The notes beneath the pieces are model-generated. The model was given only the letters and a program-made list of their open reading frames with translations. It made no database searches and was not told where the DNA came from. A DNA stretch of 64,000 nt, from the IMG/VR virus record IMGVR_UViG_643348505_000006; one strand, written 5' to 3'. How positions within the stretch are numbered: position 1 is the stretch's first letter; each line of letters begins with the position of its first letter. The stretch comes from a virus. Taxonomy: Duplodnaviria > Caudoviricetes. Positions 46,156 through 56,436 of the stretch are shown here, piece by piece. The translations under genes and the position numbers were made by a program.

Positions 46156-46519
46156 TCTTTGCTTGCTCCAAAAGGACTTCGTTCAGCCGCTCGCCCATGG
46201 CCTGGATGGGGGCTAGTTTTTGCTCCATGGCCGAAAATCGGCCTGCTTGTGCGACTTCGATTGTGTTGAGACGCCCGGCGATTTCCGCCATCGACAGTTC
46301 GAGGCGATGGGTCGTGCCGCGATCAGGAAGGTGCTTCAGCTCACTTTCGAGCGACTGGATACGCCGGTCGTATTCAACCAGCTTGGCTTCCGCTTTCACC
46401 ATGCGCTCTTCGAGCTTCTTCTCGCCGGTCGACATCATGGTGCGAAACTGCGTGAGCAGGTTGATGCTGTTGAGCGCCAACGAGATCAGAACGCCGATGG
46501 CTGTCATATCGAGGATCAT
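46136..46519 (-). CDS. DUF2730-like protein
   Basis: Near-identical to 21915-22298. Confidence 0.75.
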   Translation of the reverse strand: MILDMTAIGVLISLALNSINLLTQFRTMMSTGEKKLEERMVKAEAKLVEYDRRIQSLESELKHLPDRGTTHRLELSMAEIAGRLNTIEVAQAGRFSAMEQKLAPIQAMGERLNEVLLEQAKNEQHRG

Positions 46520-46734
46520 CGACAGTAGACCTCACGCTCAATCGAAACCTGGCAGTCGAAGCACCGGATGGCGGATGGATAGGCAAACCGGCGCGCCTGC
46601 GGAATGGCTCGGCCGCAATCCAGGCATTCCGTTGCACCGGCCTTCTTCAGGTCGGCGCGGGCCGCTGCCACCTTGGCGTCACGCTCTTGTTCGATCCGCT
46701 CTTCGGCCAGTTCGAAATGAAGGTTACTGAGCAT
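46516..46734 (-). CDS. TraR/DksA C4 zinc-finger protein
   Basis: CLDCG..IPQARR..CFDCQ. Confidence 0.88.
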   Translation of the reverse strand: MLSNLHFELAEERIEQERDAKVAAARADLKKAGATECLDCGRAIPQARRFAYPSAIRCFDCQVSIEREVYCR

Positions 46735-46999
46735 GGGTTCCCCCCGAAACAGCGGCAGCCCGGCGCGCTTCGCAGGCCCTGAGAGCCGTCCTGTCCTTGC
46801 CCCAATAGGATGCGCTTTCCGGCTCGCTCAGCCTTCGATCCGGCAGTGGAACCGGAGGATCGCACGGCAACTTGGCGGCGGCGGGAACGTCACGCTCGAC
46901 ATAAACGGTCTTGACCACGGGCGGGGTCTCAGCGTTGGTTGAGCAGCCGGACGCGGTCGCGGCCAATGCCACCAGTGCCATCATCCGGCAGAGACGCAT
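46724..46999 (-). CDS. o-spanin lipoprotein
   Basis: Lipobox ASGC; paralog of 22503-22778. Confidence 0.75.
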   Translation of the reverse strand: MRLCRMMALVALAATASGCSTNAETPPVVKTVYVERDVPAAAKLPCDPPVPLPDRRLSEPESASYWGKDRTALRACEARRAAAVSGGTHAQ

Positions 47000-47282
47000 T
47001 CTGTTTCTCCAGTGCATCGGCACGCTGATTGGCGGCCTCGATCTGATCACGGGCGGCGTCCTGCGCTGCCATGGTTTGCTTGAGGGTCTCGGCAATCTTG
47101 GCCTGGGCCTGCGCGTTCGATGTCTCGATCTCGCCTTTCCAATAAGCATCGCGCTCGTTGCGGGCAGCGCTGGCGGCCTTATCGATCATGCCGTCGATTG
47201 TGCCGATCGCAGCCACTCCGCCCCAGATGATGGCGGCAAGAGCCGCAAGGGCAGCCAGGCCGGCGATAACGTAACGGCTCAT
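46929..47282 (-). CDS. i-spanin
   Basis: Paralog of 22708-23061. Confidence 0.75.
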   Translation of the reverse strand: MSRYVIAGLAALAALAAIIWGGVAAIGTIDGMIDKAASAARNERDAYWKGEIETSNAQAQAKIAETLKQTMAAQDAARDQIEAANQRADALEKQNASLPDDGTGGIGRDRVRLLNQR

Positions 47283-47551
47283 GACTGACCTCCGGCGGGA
47301 GGCTCAAGGCACGGCGGATCCGGCTTTACACCCCGCGTCATTGCCCGCATGTCCAGAGAGCCGAAGGCACGATGCACACCCAGCAGCGCAACGATCAGGC
47401 CGACCATGCTTGGCACTGTGACATTTCCGAACGCCACGGCCTGGTCAGAGCCAAGGCAAGCGGCGATGGTGAGCGCCAGGATGACAGTCCAGGCCAAGGC
47501 ACCGGAACACCAGAGCCATTGCTTGGACGTGGTGTAGGACGGCTTTTGCAT
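47279..47551 (-). CDS. Putative holin
   Basis: Paralog of 23058-23330. Confidence 0.6.
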   Translation of the reverse strand: MQKPSYTTSKQWLWCSGALAWTVILALTIAACLGSDQAVAFGNVTVPSMVGLIVALLGVHRAFGSLDMRAMTRGVKPDPPCLEPPAGGQS

Positions 47552-47727
47552 CAGTCGTCACTCCATGTCTGGCTGACCATCCAGGCGAAGGGGATGGCCA
47601 GCAAACCGCAGGCAACCGCGTGCAAAAAGCCTGTGCCGATGACCCAGCCTGAAGCGACGGAGACAAACAGGTAGACGGCGACGAACAGCACCGTCATCCC
47701 GATCTTGCGTTTGAGGCTGATCTTCAT
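47551..47727 (-). CDS. Small two-TM lysis-cassette protein
   Basis: Paralog of 23330-23506, same length. Confidence 0.65.
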   Translation of the reverse strand: MKISLKRKIGMTVLFVAVYLFVSVASGWVIGTGFLHAVACGLLAIPFAWMVSQTWSDD

Positions 47728-48230
47728 ACGATCGCCGCCTGAAAATGCATGCCGTCACGGCGTTGCGGCGACCAGCGTCCACCCCAGATCCAGTTCTCGG
47801 CTTCAAAGGCTTCGACAACGCGCGGGTCCATGTCCGGCGTCGGATCGCCAAGCGCATTGTGTGTCGGGTCCATATCGACGGCGCAGCCATAGGCATGCAT
47901 GGAGAGAGCGGCCTTGCCCCGCATCAGCCGCCAGTTATAGCCACCACCGATCAGATGCAGGTTCTTGGCTTCAATGGTCTTCTGGGACTTGCCGAACACA
48001 TCCCAGATATTGCCGAGGACGCGACCGAGGCTGCCAGCGACCTTGGTGTGGACGCGGAACGATTTAAGCGGGATGGTTTTGTCCCAGGCCGCTACGGCCC
48101 TCCACGGGATTGGAACAAGGACCAGGCTTGCCCTTTCCCAGGCTGGATCAGGTCCGGCAACGCCTTTGGAGATTTTGAGGTTCTTGCCGTAGAAATCGGC
48201 AGCGGCAGACTGTTGAGGCCAATTGGTCAT
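47724..48230 (-). CDS. Endolysin, M15 family
   Basis: SMHAYGCAVD, DGMHFQ. Confidence 0.92.
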   Translation of the reverse strand: MTNWPQQSAAADFYGKNLKISKGVAGPDPAWERASLVLVPIPWRAVAAWDKTIPLKSFRVHTKVAGSLGRVLGNIWDVFGKSQKTIEAKNLHLIGGGYNWRLMRGKAALSMHAYGCAVDMDPTHNALGDPTPDMDPRVVEAFEAENWIWGGRWSPQRRDGMHFQAAIV

Positions 48231-48306
48231 GATCGTTCCCAGCATAAGAAAACAGCCGGGCAAGACCGGCTTTGCTGAGGACGATTCTGATCGTTATGGG
48301 CGCATC

Positions 48307-48331
48307 AAAACAGCCGCAAGGGTTTGCGGGT
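48307..48331 (-). promoter_or_regulatory. Late-promoter activator box of prophage 2
   Basis: AAAACAGCCGCAAGGGTTTGCGGGT; dyad CCGCA-N6-TGCGG at the same position as 24087-24111. Confidence 0.75.
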
Positions 48332-48690
48332 CAGAGGCCGAAAAGGTCGAGTTGAGAGCTTTCGCCGGCTTTAAGCCAGTTGCGAATGGTGACATCGGTG
48401 GTGTGAAGTTCCCGGGCGATGTCGTTGGTGGTGAAGCCCTTATTATACTTTAAATGGGCGGCAATAAAGGGCTTTCCGGTCGGGCAGCGGAACCCGCCGG
48501 GACCGATATGTCGGGCAAGTTCAGTTGCCGCCACCTTGCCGATCGCCCGCGCCACCGGCGAACGATCCTGCGGGTTTTCCGAGAGATAGACGTAGGACCC
48601 GCCGAAGGCCAACAGGAACTGAACGGTCTTTTCGATACCGATCGCCGTCACATAGGGCTGGATATGGGCGGGGACGCGGATCTCAGCCAC
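48331..48690 (-). CDS. Mor/C-family late activator
   Basis: Paralog of 24111-24470 with a changed recognition helix (TDVTIRNWL); GTG start. Confidence 0.82.
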   Translation of the reverse strand: MAEIRVPAHIQPYVTAIGIEKTVQFLLAFGGSYVYLSENPQDRSPVARAIGKVAATELARHIGPGGFRCPTGKPFIAAHLKYNKGFTTNDIARELHTTDVTIRNWLKAGESSQLDLFGL

Positions 48691-49336
48691 GGACCTGGTC
48701 TCCTCGATCCCGGATGCGCTGGCCCAGTGCATTCATCACCATCTGCCAGTGGCTTGCCTTGAGATCGCCAATCCAGCTCACCTGTTCACCAGCAAGGGAG
48801 ATAATCTCGGCATCAAAGCCCTGGCGAACCATCAGGCTGCAGCCGGGATGCAGGATCTTCCACTGCGCCCAGGCGATCTTTGCCCCGTCGCTGGCCAGCC
48901 AATCATACCCATTGGTATTCCCAAAGCCGACGCCAGCTTCACGGGAGAGCCAACGTTTCAGACCCTCGATGGCCGATTTCGCATCGTCGGCATGGTGCAG
49001 GAACCGGACGTGATCCAATCCGGTCTGACGGGTCACAAAGGCGATAAGGGCCGTATCCTCCCGGTTCTCAACAACACCGAGGTTCCAGCCCGCGATCCAC
49101 AACGCCTGGAGCTTCTTTGCGTACCGGCCAGCAAGCGGCTTGCGCCTGCCTGCTGCGGCCGGAGCCGGAGCAAAACCTTCACCCCGGAACACCTTCAGCA
49201 CCTTCTGGCGCTCGGCCTCTGTCATGTCTTTGGCGGATGGCTTGCCGGTGATGTTTTTGAGCTTGGCCCGGTAGGTGTCCTCATCCAGGCCGAGCTGCTT
49301 CTTGGCGACGTGAATGGCGGCGATGGAGGAGGTCAT
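48683..49336 (-). CDS. gemA: GemA/gp16-like protein
   Basis: IAAIHVAKKQLGLDEDTYR. Confidence 0.88.
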   Translation of the reverse strand: MTSSIAAIHVAKKQLGLDEDTYRAKLKNITGKPSAKDMTEAERQKVLKVFRGEGFAPAPAAAGRRKPLAGRYAKKLQALWIAGWNLGVVENREDTALIAFVTRQTGLDHVRFLHHADDAKSAIEGLKRWLSREAGVGFGNTNGYDWLASDGAKIAWAQWKILHPGCSLMVRQGFDAEIISLAGEQVSWIGDLKASHWQMVMNALGQRIRDRGDQVRG

Positions 49337-49569
49337 GCCGCCCCCGCTAAATCCGCTTCCACCATCAAATGGGCCGCCGCGACCTGCGACGGCGTCGGGC
49401 ATGGCTCGTTAGCGTTGATGACATTGAGGATGCCGCTCACCCCGAAGGTCGCCCCGCATTCATAGCGCACCAACAGCATACGTTCCTGCTGTTCGGTAAC
49501 GGGCATGGCGGGCTGACCGCAGACCGGGCAAGTCTTTTCACCCTTCAGCTTTGTATAAAGAGCCATCAT
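49333..49569 (-). CDS. Zn-ribbon-like hypothetical protein
   Basis: CPVCG..YEC..C; paralog of 26655-26966. Confidence 0.65.
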   Translation of the reverse strand: MMALYTKLKGEKTCPVCGQPAMPVTEQQERMLLVRYECGATFGVSGILNVINANEPCPTPSQVAAAHLMVEADLAGAA

Positions 49570-49580
49570 CGCTATTCTCC

Positions 49581-50234
49581 TCACACCTTCGCCAGATCGA
49601 TCGTCACCGCCTGCCAGCCATCGGCCGCACTCTGGCGCGTGTAGAACCGCACATATTCTTTGGACCCGGTCACCGTGATCGAGTTCCGGATCGCCTCCAT
49701 CGCCCGCTTCCAGCGCTGATCTTCAATGTCGAGGCGCAGAAGCATGAACAGCTCCGATTTGTTGATCTGGCCTTCCTTGTCGGTATTGAAGGCGCGCGTC
49801 ACGATGGCCTGGATTTCCGGGCGGCTTTCCGCCGACCATTCCGTCAGGCATTCGTCGATCAGGCCCTTGGCGATCTGGAGCTGCGGCCCAAAGCTGATCT
49901 GGTCGGAAACCTGCACCACGACTTTCATCTTGCCATCGACGGTCTGGTAGGTCCGGTTGCCCTTCTGCCCACCAATCTTGGCACCGTATTCCTGGGCGAG
50001 CAGCGCATCGAACGCGCCGAGATCAGCTACCGTATGCCCCCGAAACCTCGCAATCCGGGCTGAAAGCTCGATGGCGTATTTCATGATCTTGCGGACGGTC
50101 TCGTCCTGCAATTTGTCTTCCGGCTTGATATTGGCGGTCGGCAGAAGATTGCCCTTGGCATCTTCCATGAACGGCCGGCCGTTGATGATGGTGATGCCGT
50201 AATCGCTGGTTTCTTCGAGAATAATCGCTTCCAT
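49581..50234 (-). CDS. DUF3164 family protein
   Basis: Paralog of 27409-28062. Confidence 0.85.
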   Translation of the reverse strand: MEAIILEETSDYGITIINGRPFMEDAKGNLLPTANIKPEDKLQDETVRKIMKYAIELSARIARFRGHTVADLGAFDALLAQEYGAKIGGQKGNRTYQTVDGKMKVVVQVSDQISFGPQLQIAKGLIDECLTEWSAESRPEIQAIVTRAFNTDKEGQINKSELFMLLRLDIEDQRWKRAMEAIRNSITVTGSKEYVRFYTRQSAADGWQAVTIDLAKV

Positions 50235-50238
50235 GTTG

Positions 50239-50520
50239 CTAATCCCTGATGGTTTTGACGGCGTTTCGAACGCCTTTTGAAGCCGCCAGGAGGGCGTTTA
50301 GCGCGCGTCTTTCATCGCGTGTGCCTTCGCTGGCTTCGTAGCGGTTAAGAGCGTGCCAGAGTGTGCGGCCCGCCTGGATCAATGCCTGTATAGGAGGGCG
50401 GCGCAGAACGGCCGCCTCGTCCTCGCGCTCTGCCGCCCGCAGGGCCTTGATCACCAACGGACCGACGGCATCGGCCAGCTGATCGACAGGGATCTCTACG
50501 GGAACGACGAGCTTTTTCAT
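50239..50520 (-). CDS. Hypothetical early protein
   Basis: Paralog of 28067-28354. Confidence 0.7.
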   Translation of the reverse strand: MKKLVVPVEIPVDQLADAVGPLVIKALRAAEREDEAAVLRRPPIQALIQAGRTLWHALNRYEASEGTRDERRALNALLAASKGVRNAVKTIRD

Positions 50521-50846
50521 GCGGCGTCTCCACCGTCATATGGCCCGCTGCCGCAGGGATCGATGACACGAACCCGGGTTGGAAAGCGCACCACGTTACC
50601 GGCAGCGATATCGATCATCGGGCCGGGCTTGCGCCGATCCGATCCCCCCTCGCCGGCCGTCTGAAGGCGATGCTCGAGAATGCGCATTTCCTCTTCCATA
50701 TCGCGCGACAGTTCTCGAACTGTCCTGAGATTGGTCAGGAGCTTGGTGACATGATCAGGTGCCAGTTGAAGACCGGTCTGCTCGAATTCGCGCAAGCGCT
50801 GGCAGATCGAGTGGATCAGATCCGAAGGACGTGGAGCGCAATTCAT
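50517..50846 (-). CDS. Hypothetical early protein
   Basis: Positional homolog of 28351-28632. Confidence 0.65.
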   Translation of the reverse strand: MNCAPRPSDLIHSICQRLREFEQTGLQLAPDHVTKLLTNLRTVRELSRDMEEEMRILEHRLQTAGEGGSDRRKPGPMIDIAAGNVVRFPTRVRVIDPCGSGPYDGGDAA

Positions 50847-51127
50847 GAGCGGCCTCCGAAATCCGGCCGGATGATCTTGGCATCGGCATCCTTGGCCAGA
50901 CCGGCGAACTGTTCGCTGGCCAGTTCATCGACAATCTGTCGCCCTGCTTTGCCAGCCTCCGTCAGCCGGTGAACGGCAAGCTCCTGTTCCATGTTTCTGG
51001 CAAGCCTGGTCAGGCCATCGAGAAAGTCGGCTTCCAGCAGCAGTTCCGTGGTCTGGATCGACGGCCAGTCTGCCATACGACGAATGCGACCGACGGCAGC
51101 GTGAAGTTCCTTGTGGAGGCTGATCAT
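50843..51127 (-). CDS. Hypothetical early protein
   Basis: Paralog of 28629-28910. Confidence 0.7.
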   Translation of the reverse strand: MISLHKELHAAVGRIRRMADWPSIQTTELLLEADFLDGLTRLARNMEQELAVHRLTEAGKAGRQIVDELASEQFAGLAKDADAKIIRPDFGGRS

Positions 51128-52167
51128 GCCATATCCTCCACATCGCGGTTCTTCCAGGCGGCCTGGATGAACTTGAGGCTGACCTCGGTCCCCTCACCCG
51201 TTGCCACCATCCGGGCCATACGCATGGTCTTTTCGATCTGGCGGAATGCCCCGCCCTTCATGCCAATGCCCATCAGAAACTTGATGCAGGCCGGATCGGT
51301 CACGCTCCAGGCGGCAATATAGGTTTGCAGATCCTCGGGGTATGGCTGCACCCGTTGCAGACGCTTGCCGATTCGGCTTTTCAGCTGGGCATAGGATGGC
51401 CCCTGCCTGCCTCGGGTAAAGCGGCTGTAGACCTCGGAATTGCCGACAACCGCCACCCCGCATCTGTAGACGTCAACGAAATGACGCAGCTGGTTGAGCG
51501 CTTCATCATTCAGATGTTGGCCCTCATCGACAATCAACAAAGTGCCGTCGCCGGTGCGTTTCAGCTTGCCGCCAATGGCACGGGCCAGCCGGGCGGGGTT
51601 ATTCTCCTGAACGCCCAATTGCTCGGCCAGCTCGGTCAACATGCCATGCACCGTCTTGGTGCTTTCCGAGACGGTGGCGTGATAGACATGCGGGCGCGTG
51701 TTGGTGAAATATTCGCAGGCCGCCGTCTTGCCCATGCCTGCACCCAGCGTGATCATCACCAGATCCGGGCAAATCTGCGCCCAGGTCAGGGTTTCCAACA
51801 CTTCGGCAGAGCCGCGCAATTGCATGAATGAGGGCGCTTGCGGGATCATCGCGGCCACGCTGGCAGCGGCCTGCAATGCATCCAGCCATTGTTCGATCAT
51901 CGCGTTGTGGTTATCCAGCCGCCCTTCATAACGCCCGGAAAACCACTGGCTGAACGTTGCGTCCTTCATGCCTGAACGGCGGGTGACCTCAGCCTTTGTC
52001 CAGCGGAACTGGCGGGCAACGGCAATCACCCGGTCGACCAGCTCCCACCATTTTTCGATATCGGCCTCGCTCTTGTTGGCCGAGACTTCCGGGGCCTGCA
52101 ATGGCCGCTCCCACGATCCGCCATTCAGCTGACCGGTCGGGGGGCTTGTGAAAACATGTTTGTTCAT
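51124..52167 (-). CDS. MuB-like ATPase
   Basis: GAGMGKT, LLIVDEGQHL. Confidence 0.93.
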   Translation of the reverse strand: MNKHVFTSPPTGQLNGGSWERPLQAPEVSANKSEADIEKWWELVDRVIAVARQFRWTKAEVTRRSGMKDATFSQWFSGRYEGRLDNHNAMIEQWLDALQAAASVAAMIPQAPSFMQLRGSAEVLETLTWAQICPDLVMITLGAGMGKTAACEYFTNTRPHVYHATVSESTKTVHGMLTELAEQLGVQENNPARLARAIGGKLKRTGDGTLLIVDEGQHLNDEALNQLRHFVDVYRCGVAVVGNSEVYSRFTRGRQGPSYAQLKSRIGKRLQRVQPYPEDLQTYIAAWSVTDPACIKFLMGIGMKGGAFRQIEKTMRMARMVATGEGTEVSLKFIQAAWKNRDVEDMA

Positions 52168-52204
52168 CTAACTATAGCTCCGTCAAATAGCCCATTCGGG
52201 CCTG

Positions 52205-54271
52205 TTATCGGGCAGTCCTAGGACTGCCCTTCTTTTTTCCGGAACCGTACGCATTACTCTTCGGCTCGTTGTTCCCGGCATCCGAAACACGCGACACCGG
52301 GCTATTCCCTCTCGGGAATTCAATGACCCCACCGCCCTGAACCAGGCCCAGCGCGCGGGAAAAACTGTCTTCGAAATGTTGATCCGAAATCGCCTCGACC
52401 GGCGCTTCCACCTGCTGGCTGCGGGTGATTAACCGCGTCACGGCGGGCCGGATCGGCTCTGGGGTGTCCACTGGCTTGGGCTTGGATCCCTTGTAATAGA
52501 TCTCGCCAAGCTGCTGGGCGCTGAGGGCTGCTTCCGCATCGGCCTTAAGGCGCACCGCCTTCTTGTGGGTGTTGGCAAGACGAGAATGCGCACGCGCATC
52601 GTCCCTGCTGTTGAAGCCCGCATCATCCATGCAGCCGGCTTCGCAGATCAACCGGTTCTTCAGGTCATAAACCCTGATCGGCTTATGAAGTGCATCGGGG
52701 TCAAACCGGATGATGACCTGCTTTCCAGCCCATTCGTTCAGGGCTGGATCAAAATAGCGGTTCCCCTGGAAATGAACCCCGCCATTCGATTTCTGGGTCC
52801 TGATCGCCTCAGATGCCAACATCCAAAGCGAGGACTGCGCCTTGGATGGCACCCGAACAATTGTGGTCGGCGCGGCCATGGAGGCGGCAAAGGTCTCATC
52901 AAAACTGCGGCCTTTGCAGTTCTCGGCCCGGCGTCCCTCCTGCGCATTATGCTCGACAATCTGCGCCGCCACGTGCGCGCGAAAATCGTCAAGCGGAATG
53001 GCCCGCTCCATGTAGTTTTCCGGCTTGGCATCAGGCTTGTTGCCGGTATATGCCCCGGCGCAAAACGGATGCTTGGAGATGTTTTCCGCCAGATCGCGCC
53101 AGGCGCGCTCGATCGGCTTGGACTGGCCGGAATATGGCCGCGTCCAGTGAACTTCGATGCCGAGCGTGGTCAAAAGACCGCGCGGATCCTCCGGCTTCAC
53201 CTTGAAACGGAAACGATTGACCGTGCCACCGGTGATCCACTTGCTGGCAAAGGCCCTGCCATTGTCGATGTAGATGTCTTCCGGGATACCGAAGGTCTCG
53301 ACCATGTCGCCGATCACCAGCCGCACCGCTTCCCATGTTTCGGCTTCCGACAACCGCCATGCAACGATCTTGCCTGAGAAGAGATCCTGAATGCCGATGA
53401 TGAAAAAGCGCACCGGCTTTTTCGACCAGGGAACCGAAACGAACACGTCGATCTTGTGGCCATCCATATTGACCATCTGCATCGCATGTAGATGCGCGCG
53501 GCTGCGGCGCTGGGCCGGATAGAGTGCCTTCGCCTTGTCCCTGCCCTCGCGCTTCATCAGCGTCACGGCCTTGCCGACTTCGCGGTCGAAACGGCGGCGC
53601 AGCGACCGCTCGGACGGGATAGGTGACCAATGTTCGCGCTTGGCGACCTTCATCATCCGGCGATAGCAGGCGGCAAAAGCAGGCTTTTCAGGCCGCAGAT
53701 AATCGGACTTCAGAAACACCCAGGCTTCAGGATGGATGTCAGCCATGTCAGGCATGATCTCGAAGCTGGGCGAAAGAGACGGAGCCAAAGCCGCCAACCA
53801 GTCTTCGCGGCTCAGATCCTTGGTGAGCGCCTTCCAGGCATAATAGGCTGACTTCTGGACACCGGCATCGGCCGTGGCAATGGTGATCGCGGCGCCTCGG
53901 GTCACACCCGGCTGGGCAGCCAGCGCTTCCACCCGGCAAAGCACATCCAGACGGTTTTTGCAGATCTCTCGATGCTCGTTTGAAAGCCGTTCAAACCGCG
54001 CCCAAATCCGGTTTTTACGAGCCATGATCGCCTGCCATTGTTCGGGCGTTTGCGATCCCTCAGCAATCGTCAGCCGTGTCTGCGCAGCATGCGGCAGGAG
54101 GGAGACATGATATTCCCAGACCTTTTTGGTTGCGCCTGCGACCTGCCGCGCCAGGCCGTCGTGGCCCCTCCAATATTGGCTGGTGGCAAGCCGATGCAGG
54201 CTCGCAACATTGTGCGGCAGATCCGGCAGCTTCAGCTCCGCAAGCTCGGCTAGCGAAAACCACTCCTTCAT
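52205..54271 (-). CDS. MuA-like transposase
   Basis: NMDGHK, YIDNGRAF, SKPIERAW; intact 688-aa ORF. Confidence 0.95.
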   Translation of the reverse strand: MKEWFSLAELAELKLPDLPHNVASLHRLATSQYWRGHDGLARQVAGATKKVWEYHVSLLPHAAQTRLTIAEGSQTPEQWQAIMARKNRIWARFERLSNEHREICKNRLDVLCRVEALAAQPGVTRGAAITIATADAGVQKSAYYAWKALTKDLSREDWLAALAPSLSPSFEIMPDMADIHPEAWVFLKSDYLRPEKPAFAACYRRMMKVAKREHWSPIPSERSLRRRFDREVGKAVTLMKREGRDKAKALYPAQRRSRAHLHAMQMVNMDGHKIDVFVSVPWSKKPVRFFIIGIQDLFSGKIVAWRLSEAETWEAVRLVIGDMVETFGIPEDIYIDNGRAFASKWITGGTVNRFRFKVKPEDPRGLLTTLGIEVHWTRPYSGQSKPIERAWRDLAENISKHPFCAGAYTGNKPDAKPENYMERAIPLDDFRAHVAAQIVEHNAQEGRRAENCKGRSFDETFAASMAAPTTIVRVPSKAQSSLWMLASEAIRTQKSNGGVHFQGNRYFDPALNEWAGKQVIIRFDPDALHKPIRVYDLKNRLICEAGCMDDAGFNSRDDARAHSRLANTHKKAVRLKADAEAALSAQQLGEIYYKGSKPKPVDTPEPIRPAVTRLITRSQQVEAPVEAISDQHFEDSFSRALGLVQGGGVIEFPRGNSPVSRVSDAGNNEPKSNAYGSGKKKGSPRTAR

Positions 54272-54732
54272 GACCGCCCCCTGGAAACCAGCGTCACCGG
54301 GCGCGCACTTTGGCGGCGGATTTCCGCCTCGATGCGCTTGCGCTCCTGCCGCAGCCTGGAGATCTCGGCCAATCGCGCCTCGTCACCGATCAACACGGTC
54401 ACGCCCTGAACAGAGGCAACCTCATCCCAAAGCCAGAGCGCGCCCGTGGCATGAACAAAGGCCGTGAAGCGGATCAGCGTCACATCGTGACCATTGCGGC
54501 TTTCGGCGGTATAGGCGTCCAGCGTGGCCTTGCTGACATTCGGTAGGCCGAGATAGTGCGCCATGCGGGCGGCGATGGTGGGTCGGTCATAGTCGCATTC
54601 GCGGATGGCGCGGGCCATCGCCCGTTTGATTTTGGCGCGGTAGCGATCAATATCGACCTGCTTTGCGCCATCGCGCACCGGGAACACCGGGTGGGCGAAA
54701 AAGTCGAGCTGGGAAGGGTCCGGCTTGCTCAT
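54268..54732 (-). CDS. Conserved early DNA-binding protein
   Basis: Paralog of 32248-32709. Confidence 0.7.
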   Translation of the reverse strand: MSKPDPSQLDFFAHPVFPVRDGAKQVDIDRYRAKIKRAMARAIRECDYDRPTIAARMAHYLGLPNVSKATLDAYTAESRNGHDVTLIRFTAFVHATGALWLWDEVASVQGVTVLIGDEARLAEISRLRQERKRIEAEIRRQSARPVTLVSRGRS

Positions 54733-55585
54733 TGGGCAGCCTCTTGAACATCATCCAGAAGACCGATGGATTGCAGGAAGCGCTGGCGTGTTGCCTCATC
54801 GGCCCCCTTCCAGGCCGTCTTCAGCTGATGAAGAACGATCGCCTGCTTGTCGGCCTCCGAGATCGGCGGTGCTGGATCTTTCGCCCAGGCCAGAACCTTT
54901 TTGATATCCGGTTCCTTCTCCAGCCCGGCAACAATCCCGGCCTGCTTGCTCGGACCAGCTTTGGCGAGCTTGAGCAGCAGCGATTGGTTGTCGGCGGCAG
55001 GGGTGCCGCGAAGCGCGGTACGAAGTGCGGGGGAAAGGCTTTGTGCGATCCTGTTGAGGCGCTCTATGGACCGCTTTGAAAAGCCAAGGCGTTCAGCCAC
55101 ATGTTCAGAGAAGCCTTGGCCAGCCTCTTCTTGAAACAAAAGTGCTAAATTTGCTCATCCCCGACCGAAGCGACAACTTGTCGCTTCGATTGTTTGAGGT
55201 TATTGGCGGGATCAATTTTCCCATACTTCTGCTCCCACACATCGCGGTAGCTCTGCACAAAAATCGCCCGGTCAATCACCGAAAGCTCGTTGCGAAAAAG
55301 GTTCTCGGTAATCTCAAGCAACTGCGCCTCGGCCTTGTCGGCCTCAACCACCATGGCCTCGATTTCGCTTTCGTCATTCAGCACCATGGCCCGCAGGCGA
55401 TGAGCGCCGGCGACAAGCGTATAGTTTCCGCCCTTGGCAGCCCGGGTGCTACGCACGGTGATCGGGTTGAGCAGCCCATGTTCGACAATGCTCTTGGCAA
55501 TCGCCAGGGCATGATCTTCCTCGACAGCCCGCAGGCGCTCTGGAACCACGATCTGGTCAATGGGAATGGTTTTGAACTCGGCCAT
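54729..55585 (-). pseudogene. ParB-like gene split into N-terminal (55145-55585) and HTH-containing (54729-55139) frames
   Basis: The N half has LVAGAHRLRA and ENLFRNELS and stops at TAG 55145. The C half aligns with the prophage 1 ParB C terminus in a different frame. Confidence 0.7.
55166..55188. repeat. Perfect 23-bp palindrome at the ParB frame break
   Basis: CGAAGCGACAA-C-TTGTCGCTTCG. Confidence 0.9.
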
Positions 55586-55935
55586 CAGGCAGCGTCCTCC
55601 ATGCGGGCAGTCAGCGAGCCGCGGGCCGCAGCCGCCATCCGGCAATAATGCTGTTCAAATCGTGGGGTCTGCAGGCGGCGGTCGATCGTTCGAAGCGCCC
55701 GGTTGACGGCCTCGCGGGAGCGCTCCTGATGCTCCACCACCCGCCGTTTGGGGATCAGAAACACCCGAACCATCAGGTGAATAACCACCTGCCGGGCCAA
55801 TGCCGCATCGAACCATTCATGCGGCGGATCGATGATCGCCTGGACTGTGAGATGCGGAAAACCGTCATGCACAGCCATCACGCAGGCATGAAACGCCCCG
55901 TCATGCAGCGATGCCTGGGAGTGGAGGTTCAGCAT
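55585..55935 (-). CDS. DnaA C-terminal-like HTH protein
   Basis: Near-identical to 33792-34142. Confidence 0.65.
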   Translation of the reverse strand: MLNLHSQASLHDGAFHACVMAVHDGFPHLTVQAIIDPPHEWFDAALARQVVIHLMVRVFLIPKRRVVEHQERSREAVNRALRTIDRRLQTPRFEQHYCRMAAAARGSLTARMEDAA

Positions 55936-56187
55936 GAGCACCCCCCGATTTTCGCGGTCACCCGGTAACCCAACCGGCTGTTTTGAATTGGGTAAACACG
56001 CCAATAGTCGTGACGCATCGGCTGAAATTTCGCCTGGGTATCAAGCAGATCGCGCAAATGCCCCCACAAACCCTTGTGGCTGTTTTGGACCGGACGAATC
56101 AGTGGAGCATAGCGGTCTCGGAGCTGCCCAAACGCAGCGCCGAGACCTGTCATCACCCCGCAACAAGGATACGAGGAGACGATCCGA

Positions 56188-56436
56188 ATGAAGAGAACGA
56201 AAGAAGAGCGTATTGCAGCGATCATGAAAGGTGTTCGCGAGGCCGATGCTCGGCTTTGGCGGCATCCTTTGGCCGAAGCGACAGTGAGCCTTCTTAAAGA
56301 CGGCACGCCAGTCACGGTCGAAAACCTGATTACCCGTCTCAAGGTCACCGGACACACCGGGGCCGCGATACTCAGACGAGAGGTGTCAGAGGCGGCCATT
56401 GAGCGCCTCCGCGAGATTGTCGTGAAGAAGGATTGA
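56188..56436 (+). CDS. Antisense-oriented 82-aa hypothetical protein inserted in the early operon
   Basis: GAGGAG RBS, helical protein-like sequence; absent from prophage 1. Confidence 0.55.
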   Translation: MKRTKEERIAAIMKGVREADARLWRHPLAEATVSLLKDGTPVTVENLITRLKVTGHTGAAILRREVSEAAIERLREIVVKKD

